Shown here piece by piece: positions 22,469 through 32,379 of a stretch of 54,853 nucleotides of DNA. This DNA comes from Eubacteriales bacterium. Its GTDB lineage: Bacteria; Bacillota; Clostridia; Oscillospirales; UBA644. Where the stretch lies: positions 1 through 54,853 of the forward strand of contig JAZQLP010000096.1 of the NCBI GenBank assembly GCA_045542755.1. The letters are read 5' to 3'. A program made the translations under genes and the position numbers. The notes under the pieces are model-generated. The model had not been told where the DNA came from, made no database searches, and saw nothing but the letters and a program-made list of their open reading frames with translations. The first letter of the stretch is position 1, and every line of letters starts with the position of its first letter.

Positions 22469-23347
22469 ATGTCCGTATACGTTCCCAACGGACTTCCGGC
22501 AGCTTTTCAGCTCAGGGAAGAGGGTATAGACGTAAGAGATACTGCGGCGCCTTCGGGTGTAAAAAGAATACTTCTCCTCAATCTTATGCCTCTGAAGGAA
22601 GCTACCGAAAGACAGCTTTTCAGGCTCTTTTCTCAGGCACAGTGCGATATGGAGTTTGTGCTGATGAAAACCTTCAGTTACACCTCCAAAAATACTTCCG
22701 AGGAGCATCTGGATAAATTTTATCATTCCTTTGAGGAAGACTATATAAGAAACGGCTTTTTTGACGGTCTTATAGTTACCGGCGCTCCCGTTGAGCATCT
22801 GGAATTTAATCAGGTGGTATATTGGGAGGAGCTTCTTGAGATATTTGAGTGGTCAAAAACCCACGTGAAGTCCATATATTCCATTTGTTGGGGCGCGCAG
22901 GCAGCCCTCAAAGCTCTCTATGGTGTTGATAAGTATCTGACTGTGGATAAGCTCTTTGGTATATACGACGTTTCCCTTACGGAGGACGGAAAAAACTGTA
23001 CTCTTTGTAAGGATATGCCTCAGGAGTTCATCGCTCCCCAGTCAAGATACGCATACGTTAAGAGAGATGATATTGCCTCTCACCCCGACCTTTGTATACT
23101 TTCCGAGGGTGATGATGCGGGGATACATATGGCCGCATCAAAGGATTTAAGGTTGGTTTGTGTGTTCGGGCATCCCGAATACGACAAGGAAACCCTTTCG
23201 GGCGAGTATTTCCGCGACCTCAACAAGGGAGAAAATATAGTTTTCCCCCACAACTATTTTATCAACGACGACCCTCTTCTCCTGCCCGACCCAATTTGGC
23301 AGCCTGTGGGAAGAAGTTTTGCCGCAAAGTGGATAGAAAATTTATAA
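22469..23347 (+). CDS. metA: Homoserine O-acyltransferase (MetA family, probably acetyl-type)
   Basis: LNLMP, TGAPVE (Glu suggests acetyl-CoA use), ICWGAQA, GHPEYD; GAGGAGG RBS. Confidence 0.92.
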   Translation: MSVYVPNGLPAAFQLREEGIDVRDTAAPSGVKRILLLNLMPLKEATERQLFRLFSQAQCDMEFVLMKTFSYTSKNTSEEHLDKFYHSFEEDYIRNGFFDGLIVTGAPVEHLEFNQVVYWEELLEIFEWSKTHVKSIYSICWGAQAALKALYGVDKYLTVDKLFGIYDVSLTEDGKNCTLCKDMPQEFIAPQSRYAYVKRDDIASHPDLCILSEGDDAGIHMAASKDLRLVCVFGHPEYDKETLSGEYFRDLNKGENIVFPHNYFINDDPLLLPDPIWQPVGRSFAAKWIENL

Positions 23348-23355
23348 TGAAAGAT

Positions 23356-23392
23356 AAAAAAATTACTGCTGTTAATTCAGCAGTAATTTTTT
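23356..23392. terminator. Bidirectional terminator
   Basis: AAAAAATTACTGCTG/CAGCAGTAATTTTTT inverted repeat. Confidence 0.85.
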
Positions 23393-23398
23393 CTATTA

Positions 23399-23944
23399 TT
23401 ATGCAAGTTTGTCATAAGTCTTAAGTAATATTACAAAACCATCTATATTGTCTTTTATTACGAAGTATTTATTGGTGTTTCCTAACTTTTCAACCATCTC
23501 TCCATCAACCAAATAATTTAAAAAGCGGTTTGCATCAGAAAACGGACACATTAACAATCTTTGCAAAACATGTGGTCGTAAAGTTTGATATTCTTTCAAA
23601 TTACTGAGAAGGGAACTAATCTCGTTAATGACTGAGGGATGTTCTCTCATAAAAATGATAGAGGCTTCGGAGTTAGTTGTTTTATGATATATCTCTTCAA
23701 TCATTAATTTCATGAAAGTATTCAGTAACAACGCATCAATTTTTTCTTTATTATTTTCAAGAAAAAAATAGTTGATGTCACACATAAGGCACGCTGCGAG
23801 TTTTGGCAAGTAATTTATTGATGGCAAAGATGAACCTTTTTCCCATTTTGAAATTGACTGTGGGGAAATATTCAAGTAATCTGCCACTTGCTTTTGAGAT
23901 AATCCGCAAGCCTCTCGTCTATTTTTCAAATTAACATTAAACAC
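23399..23944 (-). CDS. XRE-family HTH transcriptional regulator
   Basis: LSQKQVADYLNISPQSISKWEKG; GTG start after GGAGGTG. Confidence 0.85.
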   Translation of the reverse strand: MFNVNLKNRREACGLSQKQVADYLNISPQSISKWEKGSSLPSINYLPKLAACLMCDINYFFLENNKEKIDALLLNTFMKLMIEEIYHKTTNSEASIIFMREHPSVINEISSLLSNLKEYQTLRPHVLQRLLMCPFSDANRFLNYLVDGEMVEKLGNTNKYFVIKDNIDGFVILLKTYDKLA

Positions 23945-23973
23945 ATTTATCACCTCCGACAGATTTCATTATT

Positions 23974-24040
23974 ATTATAAACCGGCCGGCAATGAAAGTC
24001 AATGACCGAATAATATATAAAAGCATCAACTACAGGTTGA
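23974..24040 (-). promoter_or_regulatory. Sigma-A promoter plus palindromic operator candidate
   Basis: TTGACT (24002-23997)-17-TATAAT (23979-23974); TCAAC-N5-GTTGA at 24026-24040. Confidence 0.65.
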
Positions 24041-24523
24041 TTATTCAAGTTCAGAGGTTGTCAAGAGAGTGAATTCTTGAGGAAGCTCAAATATCTTTTC
24101 CTTAAGAAAAATAGGATAAAAGTATAGGTCTTTCAATTTATTTATATCTAACCATTCAAAAAAATGTTTTTTATTATTTTCGGATAAAATGAATTTTTCT
24201 CCTCTTGAAAGAATATCGGTTTTTGAAATATCGCCAAGGAAATATAGGCAAAGCTCGTGATATATTTCTTTACTTACATCCTCTTCAAAAAAGCTTTGGT
24301 TAAGCCATAAAGGGCGTATTATATCAATATCCGCTTCGAGTTCTTCCCTTACTTCGCGAATTATGGCGTCTTCAACTTTCTCATTCAGATTTACTCTGCC
24401 GCCGGGCAGATAATAATATGGCGACCGTTCATCCTTCATAGCTAAAATTTTACCTTCGTGCAAAATAATTGCACATACTCTGTAGTTGAAAGTGCCTTCG
24501 GGACTCTTAAAAGTAATATCCAT
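24041..24523 (-). CDS. NUDIX hydrolase
   Basis: LPGGRVNLNEKVEDAIIREVREEL Nudix box. Confidence 0.9.
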   Translation of the reverse strand: MDITFKSPEGTFNYRVCAIILHEGKILAMKDERSPYYYLPGGRVNLNEKVEDAIIREVREELEADIDIIRPLWLNQSFFEEDVSKEIYHELCLYFLGDISKTDILSRGEKFILSENNKKHFFEWLDINKLKDLYFYPIFLKEKIFELPQEFTLLTTSELE

Positions 24524-24533
24524 TTATTTAACC

Positions 24534-25013
24534 TTATATCTTTTCAATTATCACAACCGCCTGGGCGGAAATTGCATCCCCTGCGCCAATGTAACCAAGG
24601 CCTTCTTCGGTTTTGGCTTTAACGTTTATGGATTCTTGGGGAATACCCATTATCTCTGCAAGTCTTGCCTTGATAGCGGGAATATGGGGATTAAGCTTGG
24701 GCTTTTGAGCTATAACGGTTGAGTCAAGATTTCCTATTCTATAACCTTCCATGGTCAGCATTTCCATAGTCTTTTTAAGGAGAATGGCGGAATCTATATT
24801 AAGATAATCGTCACTTGTATCGGGAAAGTGTGTACCTATGTCGCCTTTTCCCAGAGCGCCGAGGATAGAGTCAATAATAGCGTGAATGAGCACGTCGGCA
24901 TCCGAATGGCCCAAAAGACCCTTTTGGTAGGGAATTTCAATGCCGCCAATAATCATTTTTCTACCTTCTGCGGTACGGTGTATATCGTACCCTTGGCCGA
25001 TTTTAAAGGTCAT
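24534..25013 (-). CDS. ispF: 2-C-methyl-D-erythritol 2,4-cyclodiphosphate synthase
   Basis: GQGYDIH, HSDADV, DIGTHFPD, KAKTEE; AAGGAG RBS. Confidence 0.96.
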   Translation of the reverse strand: MTFKIGQGYDIHRTAEGRKMIIGGIEIPYQKGLLGHSDADVLIHAIIDSILGALGKGDIGTHFPDTSDDYLNIDSAILLKKTMEMLTMEGYRIGNLDSTVIAQKPKLNPHIPAIKARLAEIMGIPQESINVKAKTEEGLGYIGAGDAISAQAVVIIEKI

Positions 25014-25030
25014 ATCTTTTCTCCTTATAT

Positions 25031-25062
25031 AAAAAAACAGACTGCCGCAAAGAGCGACAGTC
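25031..25062 (-). terminator. Terminator of rpsF-ssb-rpsR
   Basis: GACTGTCGC/GCGGCAGTC stem then TGTTTTTTT. Confidence 0.8.
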
Positions 25063-25073
25063 CTTTTTTCCAA

Positions 25074-25340
25074 TTAGTCAGCAGAGTAGGGGAGCAGAGC
25101 GATCTGTCTTGCTCTCTTGATAGCTGAAGTAAGAGCACGCTGATGCATAGCACAGGTAGCAGTTACACGACGGGGGAGGATCTTACCTCTCTCGCTGATA
25201 TACTTTCTGAGCTTAAGAGTGTCTTTATAGTCAATTGCAGAAGCCTTGTCTGCGCAGAACTGGCATACTCTTTTTCTGGGTCTCTTCTTAAGACCGTTGA
25301 AGCCGCCTTCTCTTTCGGGGCGTTCTTTTACGTTTTCCAT
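25074..25340 (-). CDS. rpsR: 30S ribosomal protein S18
   Basis: [30 protein letters not shown]. Confidence 0.97.
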   Translation of the reverse strand: MENVKERPEREGGFNGLKKRPRKRVCQFCADKASAIDYKDTLKLRKYISERGKILPRRVTATCAMHQRALTSAIKRARQIALLPYSAD

Positions 25341-25362
25341 CGAAACTTTCTCCTTTCGTTTT

Positions 25363-25830
25363 TTAGAAGGGGAGGTCGTCGTCACTGTCAGGAAGATCCT
25401 TTACGTCTGCAAAGAAGTCGCTGTCCTGAATATTGGTAAACGCTTCAGCTTCCTTTTCGGTAGCGGGAGCGGTACGCTGGAACGAAGAGCCATCCCTGCG
25501 GGATTCGCCGAACTGTACCTCATCAACAACAACTCTTGCGGTACGCTGGTTGTTGCCGTTCTTGTCCTTCCAAACGTCTATCTGGAGGGCACCGAACACG
25601 ATAATGAGGGAACCTTTCTTGAAGTACTTAGATATGAATTCAGCGGTCTTGTAGAAACAAACGCAGTCAATAAAGTCCGCAGTAGAGCGACCCGAATCCT
25701 GATCGTTTCTGTTAAGCTGACGTCTGTTGACGGCAACGGTGAAACGGAGAACGGGAACGTTGTTCTGGGACATCTTAAGTTCGGGATCAGCGGTAAGTCT
25801 GCCCATAAGAATAACTTTGTTAATGTTCAT
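25363..25830 (-). CDS. ssb: Single-stranded DNA-binding protein
   Basis: [16 protein letters not shown]-terminal DDLPF. Confidence 0.97.
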   Translation of the reverse strand: MNINKVILMGRLTADPELKMSQNNVPVLRFTVAVNRRQLNRNDQDSGRSTADFIDCVCFYKTAEFISKYFKKGSLIIVFGALQIDVWKDKNGNNQRTARVVVDEVQFGESRRDGSSFQRTAPATEKEAEAFTNIQDSDFFADVKDLPDSDDDLPF

Positions 25831-25860
25831 AAAACTGCCTCCTTCAATTTGGCGGGATAA

Positions 25861-26154
25861 TTAGTTCTTTGCTACTACGATAGAACGAAGTACGCCATCG
25901 GTGATGCCGTAAACACGCTCAAGTTCTCTGGGGAACTCTGCGGGAGCGCTGAAGTTCACAAGAACATAGTATCCTTCGGTTTCGTAGTTGATTGCGTAAG
26001 CAAGTCTTCTCTTGCCCCAAACATCTACGGATTCGATTTCGCCACCGTTTTCGGTGATAAGGTTCTTAAACTTTTCGGTTACAGTTTCGAGAGCTGCATC
26101 GTCGTAAGTTTTAGTGCTCAGAACGAAAATCGTTTCATACTTGGGATTTGTCAT
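25861..26154 (-). CDS. rpsF: 30S ribosomal protein S6
   Basis: YETIFVL, WGKRRLAYAI, EGYY. Confidence 0.97.
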   Translation of the reverse strand: MTNPKYETIFVLSTKTYDDAALETVTEKFKNLITENGGEIESVDVWGKRRLAYAINYETEGYYVLVNFSAPAEFPRELERVYGITDGVLRSIVVAKN

Positions 26155-26159
26155 TGCAT

Positions 26160-26208
26160 TTTACCTCCTTCCGGACTTATGGCCCATTCTTCATGGGCAA
26201 GGAAGCAC
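26160..26208 (-). ncRNA. S6:S18 ribosomal protein leader (autogenous control motif)
   Basis: CTTCCTTGCCCAT-GAAGA-ATGGGCCATAAGTCCGGAAGGAGGT; same architecture as the Bacillus rpsF leader (SD-sequestering P1, CC after P2). Confidence 0.8.
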
Positions 26209-26293
26209 GCTGCCGAAATATCGGCGGCCGATAGTCCCGAAAAAACGGGAACGTGGCAGGAAAGCCCATAAGAGGGCATCCTCGTACCCAACA

Positions 26294-26322
26294 ATTATAT
26301 ATTAAATACAGGAAAATGTCAA
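26294..26322 (-). promoter_or_regulatory. Sigma-A promoter of rpsF operon
   Basis: TTGACA-17-TATAAT. Confidence 0.85.
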
Positions 26323-26535
26323 GGCGTGAAAGGTGAATTTGGTAAAATTTCGAAAAATATTCGATTTTAAAAGTGATAATTCGGATGGTAAAAAGAGGCT
26401 TTTGAAAATAAAAAGTTCTTATTAGTATAAAAATTACTTTTTTGCCCTATTTTTATTGAAAATGTATAGTATACTGTAAAATGAATAAGATTTTACTCCG
26501 GCGCGGTATACGCTGACGGAATGAAAGGAAAAAAT

Positions 26536-27621
26536 ATGAAATTAGGTATCGTGGGTCTTCCCAACGTAGGAAAAAGTACCCTTTTTAATGCCATAACCAA
26601 CACTAAAGCAGAGGTCGCAAATTATCCCTTTTGCACCATTGAGCCCAACGTAGGTGTGGTTCCCGTTCCCGATGAAAGACTTAACAAGCTTGCAGAGCTC
26701 TATTCTCCCGATAAAATAACACCCGCAATAGTTGAATTCGTTGATATTGCAGGCCTTGTAAGAGGCGCGGGTAAAGGTGAGGGACTGGGCAATAAGTTCC
26801 TTGCTCACATCAGAGAGGTCGATGCTATCGCTCACGTTGTAAGATGCTTTGACAGTAACGATATAGTTCACGTTGAAGGCTCCGTTGATCCTCTCCGTGA
26901 CGTGGATATTATAAATATTGAGCTTATTTTCTCCGATATGGAAACGGTAGAAAGGCGTCTTGACAAGGCAAGAAAGGCCGCAAAGGGCGATAAATCTGCT
27001 CTTGCCGACGTTGCTCTTTACGAAAGAGTAAAGACTGTTCTTGAGGGCGGTCTTTGTATTCGTTCCGGTGACTTCTCCGAAGAAGAGAGAAAGACCCTGT
27101 CTGCAGACGGCTTCCTCACCTCAAAGCCTGTTATATACGTTGCAAATATGAGTGAGGACTGCTTCTCCGAAGAAAACCCCTATTACCTCAGACTCAAGGA
27201 GTTTGCTGAAAAAGAAGGCTGTCAGGCTCTCGGTATCTGTGCAAAGATCGAAGCCGAAATCTCCGAAATGGAACCCGACGAGCAGGAGCTTTTCCTTACC
27301 GAGCTTGGCCTTACCGAAAGCGGTCTTGCCCGTCTTATCAAGGCATCCTACGCACTTCTCGGTTACATAAGCTATCTTACAGCAGGTAAGCCCGAGGTAA
27401 GAGCCTGGACCATAGTTAACGGCACCAAGGCTCCTCAGGCGGCAGGTAAGATACACTCAGACTTTGAAAGAGGATTTATCCGCGCCGAGGTGGTTCCCTA
27501 CGAAACCCTTATTGAGTGCGGCTCTCTTAACGCCGCAAAGGAAAAGGGTCTTGTAAGAAGTGAAGGCAAAGAATACGTGATGAAGGACGGCGACGTCGTT
27601 CTTTTCAGAATCAACGTTTAA
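26536..27621 (+). CDS. ychF: Ribosome-binding ATPase
   Basis: GLPNVGKST, NYPFCTIEPN, DIAGLV, GKIHSDF. Confidence 0.97.
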   Translation: MKLGIVGLPNVGKSTLFNAITNTKAEVANYPFCTIEPNVGVVPVPDERLNKLAELYSPDKITPAIVEFVDIAGLVRGAGKGEGLGNKFLAHIREVDAIAHVVRCFDSNDIVHVEGSVDPLRDVDIINIELIFSDMETVERRLDKARKAAKGDKSALADVALYERVKTVLEGGLCIRSGDFSEEERKTLSADGFLTSKPVIYVANMSEDCFSEENPYYLRLKEFAEKEGCQALGICAKIEAEISEMEPDEQELFLTELGLTESGLARLIKASYALLGYISYLTAGKPEVRAWTIVNGTKAPQAAGKIHSDFERGFIRAEVVPYETLIECGSLNAAKEKGLVRSEGKEYVMKDGDVVLFRINV

Positions 27622-27644
27622 TTAATAAAAAGGCGGATAAGTAA

Positions 27645-28907
27645 ATGAAAGTACTTGTGGTTGGCGGCGGTGGCCGTGAAGACGCAATATGCGTTGAACT
27701 CCTTAAAAGCGAAAAGATAACCAAGCTGTACGCTGCGCCCGGTAACGGCGGTATGGCACAGAGAGGCGTTGAATGTGTTCCTCTCAAGGCTGTTGATATT
27801 GACGGTGTAGTTAATTTTGCAAAAGAAAATAACGTAGACTACGTTGTAGTTGCTCCTGACGATCCCCTTTATCTGGGTATGGTAGACGCTCTTGAAGCAG
27901 CAGGCATCAAGGCATTCGGTCCCAATAAAAAAGCCGCTGAAATAGAGGGAAGTAAGGTATTTTCCAAGACTCTGATGAGAAAGTACGGCATTCCTACCGC
28001 GGATTTTGAGGTATTTGACAACGCCGCCGAGGCCATTGCCTATATTGAGAAAAAGGGCGCACCTATCGTTATCAAAGCGGATGGCCTTGCCGTAGGTAAG
28101 GGTGTTACCGTTGCAAAGACGGTTGAAGAGGCTATTGAAGCTGTAAAATCCCTTATGGAAGATAAAATTTTCGGTGCTTCGGGTGATAGAGTTCTTATTG
28201 AAGAATGTCTTTACGGTCCCGAGGTTTCCGTTCTTGCATTTACCGACGGTAAGACTATGATGCCTATGGTATCATCTCAGGACCATAAGCGCGCTTACGA
28301 CGGAGATAAGGGTCCCAATACCGGCGGTATGGGTACTTACGCTCCTGCTCCCTTCTATACTCCCGAAATGGCGAAGGAATGCTACGAAAAGATATTCCTT
28401 CCCACCATGAAGGCTATGAATGAAGAGGGCAGAACCTTCAAGGGCGTACTCTATTTCGGTCTTATGCTTACCGAAAAGGGTATGCAGGTAATTGAATACA
28501 ACTCCAGATTCGGTGACCCCGAAACACAGGTCGTTCTTCCCTTGCTTGAAAACGATCTGTTTGAAATATTCCAGGCTATTACTGAAGAAAGACTTGCCGA
28601 CATTGACCTTAAATGGAAGGAAAAGAGCGCAGTCTGCGTTGTAATTGCTTCAGGTGGATATCCCAAGAGCTATCAAAAGGGTTTTGAGATCAAGGGCCTT
28701 GATAACGTCGATTGTACCGTTTATCATGCGGGGGACGAGCTCTCTGACGGTAAACTGATAACGTCGGGCGGCCGCGTTCTGGGAGTGACCGCAGTAGCCG
28801 ACACTCTGGCAGAAGCAAGAGATAAGGCCTACGAAGAAGTGAAAAAGATATCCTTTGAAGGCTCGTTCTACAGAAACGATATTGCCGAAAAAGGATTAAA
28901 GAAATAA
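27645..28907 (+). CDS. purD: Phosphoribosylamine--glycine ligase
   Basis: GGGGRE, KADGLAVGKGV, QDHKR, RFGDPETQ. Confidence 0.97.
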   Translation: MKVLVVGGGGREDAICVELLKSEKITKLYAAPGNGGMAQRGVECVPLKAVDIDGVVNFAKENNVDYVVVAPDDPLYLGMVDALEAAGIKAFGPNKKAAEIEGSKVFSKTLMRKYGIPTADFEVFDNAAEAIAYIEKKGAPIVIKADGLAVGKGVTVAKTVEEAIEAVKSLMEDKIFGASGDRVLIEECLYGPEVSVLAFTDGKTMMPMVSSQDHKRAYDGDKGPNTGGMGTYAPAPFYTPEMAKECYEKIFLPTMKAMNEEGRTFKGVLYFGLMLTEKGMQVIEYNSRFGDPETQVVLPLLENDLFEIFQAITEERLADIDLKWKEKSAVCVVIASGGYPKSYQKGFEIKGLDNVDCTVYHAGDELSDGKLITSGGRVLGVTAVADTLAEARDKAYEEVKKISFEGSFYRNDIAEKGLKK

Positions 28908-28934
28908 AACATCCTCACGAAAGAAGAATCAATA

Positions 28935-30866
28935 ATGGGTTTAAACATAACGCAGAAGCTTATTCATTCTCATCTTGTAAAGGGTAATCCCGTAAAAGGT
29001 GAAGAAATAGCTATAAAAATCGACCAAACCCTCACCCAGGATGCCACGGGAACTATGGCGTATCTGCAGTTTGAGGCTATGGGGATAGACAGGGTAAAGA
29101 CCGAGCTGTCTTTATCTTATATTGACCATAACACTCTCCAATCGGGATTTATGAATGCCGATGACCATAAATATATACAGACGGTTTGTAAAAAAATAGG
29201 AGTACATTTTTCAAAGCCCGGAAACGGTATCTGCCATCAGGTTCATCTTGAACGCTTCGGCAAGCCCGGAAAGAGCCTTGTTGGCAGCGACTCTCATACT
29301 CCCACCGGCGGCGGTATAGGTATGCTTGCCATAGGTGTTGGAGGTCTTGACGTAGCCGTTGCTATGGGTGGAGGAGAGTTTTATCTCAATATGCCTTCCG
29401 TTACCAAGGTGGAGCTTAAAGGAAAACTTAAGCCCATGGTTTCGGCAAAGGACGTTATTTTAAAGATACTTTCCATTTTGTCAGTTAAAGGCGGCGTTGG
29501 CAAGGTTATTGAGTACGGCGGCGAGGGAGTAATGAGCCTTTCGGTACCCGAAAGAGCAACCATAACCAATATGGGCGCTGAGCTTGGCGCTACTACGGGT
29601 GTATTCCCCTCTGACGAAAATACTCGCGCATTTCTTAAGGCTCAGGGTAGAGAAGAGGATTATATTGAGCTTAAAGCTGACCCCGACGCTACCTATGACG
29701 AGGTTATAGAAATAGACCTTTCAGAGCTTGAACCTCTGGTAGCTTGTCCACATATGCCGGATAACGTTAAGGCTGTAAAAGAACTTGACGGCCTTAAGGT
29801 TGACCAGGTATGTATAGGCTCTTGCACAAACTCTTCATATGCGGATATGATGAAGGTGGCTGCTATTCTTAAGGGACGTACCGTTGCGGATAACGTTTCT
29901 CTGGTAATTGCCCCCGGCTCAAGACAGGTTCTTACCATGCTTTCCGAAAACGGAGCTCTGGCTGATATAGTAAACGCAGGCGCAAGAGTAATGGAATGTG
30001 CTTGCGGCCCCTGTATCGGTATGGGGCAATCCCCAAAAAGCGCAGGAGTTTCTCTCCGTACCTTTAACCGTAACTTTGAGGGCAGAAGCGGTACAGCTGA
30101 CGGCCAGGTATATCTGGTAAGCCCCGAAACCGCGGCATGGAGTGCCGTGACCGGCGTTCTCACCGACCCCACCGTCCACGCGGAAGAGGTTGACGTAAGC
30201 GTTAAGATGCCTGAACAGTTCAGAATAAACGATAATATGATAATACCTCCGGCTTCGGAAGGCGAGGAGACTGAAGTTGTCAGAGGCCCCAATATTAAGG
30301 AGTTTCCCCGAAATTCCGCCCTTCCCGAAAACCTTGAATTAAAGGCGGTTCTTAAGGTGGGAGATAATATTACCACCGACCACATTATGCCCGCAGGCTC
30401 AAAGATATTGCCTTACCGTTCAAATATTCCCCATCTGTCGCAGTATTGCTTTGAGGTATGTGACACCGAGTTCCCTCAAAGAGCTAAAAGCTGGGGCGGC
30501 GGATTTATTATCGGCGGCTCAAACTACGGTCAGGGCTCCAGCCGTGAACACGCGGCTCTCGTTCCCCTTTATCTGGGAATAAAGGCGGTAATCGTTAAGT
30601 CCTTTGCCCGTATTCATAAGGCAAATCTTATCAATTCGGGTATTCTTCCCCTAACCTTTGAAAACCCCGATGATTACGACAGTATTGATATGGGTGACGA
30701 GCTTCTTCTTCCCAATATCAGAGAAAGGGTACTCAAGGGAGAAAAGATAGTTCTTGTAAACAAGACCAAAGGCAAGGAAATTCCTCTGGTCAGCGATTAT
30801 TCTGAAAGACAAAAGGGTATACTTGCAGACGGCGGTCTTCTTAATCATACTGCCGCAAAGCTATAA
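28935..30866 (+). CDS. Aconitate hydratase (short, ~640 aa type)
   Basis: QDATGT, DSHT, IGSCTN, CGPCIG, TTDHI, GSSREHA. Confidence 0.9.
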   Translation: MGLNITQKLIHSHLVKGNPVKGEEIAIKIDQTLTQDATGTMAYLQFEAMGIDRVKTELSLSYIDHNTLQSGFMNADDHKYIQTVCKKIGVHFSKPGNGICHQVHLERFGKPGKSLVGSDSHTPTGGGIGMLAIGVGGLDVAVAMGGGEFYLNMPSVTKVELKGKLKPMVSAKDVILKILSILSVKGGVGKVIEYGGEGVMSLSVPERATITNMGAELGATTGVFPSDENTRAFLKAQGREEDYIELKADPDATYDEVIEIDLSELEPLVACPHMPDNVKAVKELDGLKVDQVCIGSCTNSSYADMMKVAAILKGRTVADNVSLVIAPGSRQVLTMLSENGALADIVNAGARVMECACGPCIGMGQSPKSAGVSLRTFNRNFEGRSGTADGQVYLVSPETAAWSAVTGVLTDPTVHAEEVDVSVKMPEQFRINDNMIIPPASEGEETEVVRGPNIKEFPRNSALPENLELKAVLKVGDNITTDHIMPAGSKILPYRSNIPHLSQYCFEVCDTEFPQRAKSWGGGFIIGGSNYGQGSSREHAALVPLYLGIKAVIVKSFARIHKANLINSGILPLTFENPDDYDSIDMGDELLLPNIRERVLKGEKIVLVNKTKGKEIPLVSDYSERQKGILADGGLLNHTAAKL

Positions 30867-30909
30867 GAATCTTTCTACAGAAATCTTCCATAGGAAGGAG
30901 TGAGGTTGA

Positions 30910-31380
30910 ATGGCAACCCAAAAATCATCGGTAAAGATAATTGCACAGAATAAAAAAGCCTACTTTGACTATTTCGTTGAAGAGAAGTTTGAGGCGGGTA
31001 TTGCTCTGGCGGGTACGGAGGTAAAAAGCCTTCGTTTGGGTCAGGTAAACCTCAAGGATAGCTATTGCAGCATCAATAAGGGTGAACTTTTCGTTCAGGG
31101 TATGCATATTTCCCCCTACGAAAAGGGCAACATCTTCAACCGTGACCCTCTCCGCGACAGAAAGCTTCTTATGCACAAGAAAGAGATACTCAAGCTTTTT
31201 AACGGAGTAAAAAGGGACGGATATTCCATAATTCCCCTCTCTCTTTACCTTAAAGGCCCCGTTGTGAAAATGGAAATAGGGCTGTGCAAGGGTAAAAAGC
31301 TCTACGACAAGAGAGATTCTATTGCCAAAAAGGACGCTCGCCGTGAAAGCGACAGAAGAGAAAAGGAATTTAACAGATGA
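30910..31380 (+). CDS. smpB: SsrA-binding protein
   Basis: [24 protein letters not shown]. Confidence 0.97.
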   Translation: MATQKSSVKIIAQNKKAYFDYFVEEKFEAGIALAGTEVKSLRLGQVNLKDSYCSINKGELFVQGMHISPYEKGNIFNRDPLRDRKLLMHKKEILKLFNGVKRDGYSIIPLSLYLKGPVVKMEIGLCKGKKLYDKRDSIAKKDARRESDRREKEFNR

Positions 31381-31850
31381 TAATACTCGGCGTTGACCCC
31401 GGTATCGCCACCGTTGGATACGGGGTGGTATCCTACGAAAATAATAAGTTTATAGATTCTACATACGGAGCCATTCTTACCCCCGCTAAAACTCCCCTTG
31501 AGGACAGACTTGCCCAAATATACGACGAGCTTACAAGGCTCATAAAGTATTATAAGGTGGAAGCCATGGCGGTGGAAGAGTTGTTTTTTAACAACAACCA
31601 AAAGACGGCCATATCCGTTGCTCAGGGCAGAGGAGTTATCCTTCTTGCAGGACACAAAGCGGAGATTCCTATTTACGAGTTTACCCCCTTGCAGGTAAAG
31701 CAGGCGGTGGTGGGTTACGGACGAGCAGAAAAAATGCAGGTAATGCAAATGGTAAAGATGCTCCTGAACCTTAAGGAGATTCCCAAGCCCGACGATGCCG
31801 CCGACGGCCTTGCTTTAGCTATATGCTTAGCTCATTCGTTGAGATTTTAA
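31377..31850 (+). CDS. ruvC: Holliday junction resolvase
   Basis: [21 protein letters not shown]. Confidence 0.96.
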   Translation: MIILGVDPGIATVGYGVVSYENNKFIDSTYGAILTPAKTPLEDRLAQIYDELTRLIKYYKVEAMAVEELFFNNNQKTAISVAQGRGVILLAGHKAEIPIYEFTPLQVKQAVVGYGRAEKMQVMQMVKMLLNLKEIPKPDDAADGLALAICLAHSLRF

Positions 31851-31869
31851 CGTAAAAGACGATTAGTAT

Positions 31870-31907
31870 AAAGAAGGTGCTTTCATTGAAGCATCTTCTT
31901 TGTTTTT
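31870..31907 (+). terminator. Terminator after ruvC
   Basis: AAAGAAGGTGCTT/AAGCATCTTCTTT stem + GTTTTT. Confidence 0.75.
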
Positions 31908-31937
31908 GGCAGAATTTTGAACTCTTGGAACAGGGGC

Positions 31938-31992
31938 TTGACAAAACTGTCTATAGGTGATAGACTATAGGTGTAGTCTATAGACGATAGAC
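31938..31992 (+). promoter_or_regulatory. Promoter and BlaI-type operator palindromes
   Basis: TTGACA (31938)-17-TAGACT (31961). GTCTAT-N5-ATAGAC at 31949-31965 and 31976-31992; GACTA-N6-TAGTC at 31963-31978. Confidence 0.75.
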
Positions 31993-32013
31993 AAAAAGAA
32001 AGGACACACGACT

Positions 32014-32376
32014 ATGGAAGATTTCAGATTAGGTATGGTAGAAGCGCATTTCGCTGATATAGTTTGGGCAAATCAGCCCATGACCACAAAGGATCTTGTT
32101 CGTATTTGCGAAGAAGAGCTTAAATGGAAACGAACCACCACCTACACCGTGTTAAAGAAACTCTGCGACAGGGGTCTTTTTAAAACAGAATCAAGTATCG
32201 TTACCGCCCTTGTATCAAGAGATGAATTTTACGCCATACAGAGCGAGAATTTCGTTGAGCAGACCTTTGATGGCTCTCTGCCCGCATTTATTGCGGCATT
32301 TGCTTCCCGAAAAGCTCTCTCTCCCAAAGAGGTGGAAGAAATTAGAAGAATGATTGATTCATTCGGGGAGGAATAG
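32014..32376 (+). CDS. BlaI/MecI/CopY-family repressor
   Basis: IVW, WKRTTTYTVLKKL, FDGSLPAFIAAF, EIRRMI. Confidence 0.9.
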   Translation: MEDFRLGMVEAHFADIVWANQPMTTKDLVRICEEELKWKRTTTYTVLKKLCDRGLFKTESSIVTALVSRDEFYAIQSENFVEQTFDGSLPAFIAAFASRKALSPKEVEEIRRMIDSFGEE

Positions 32377-32379
32377 GCT

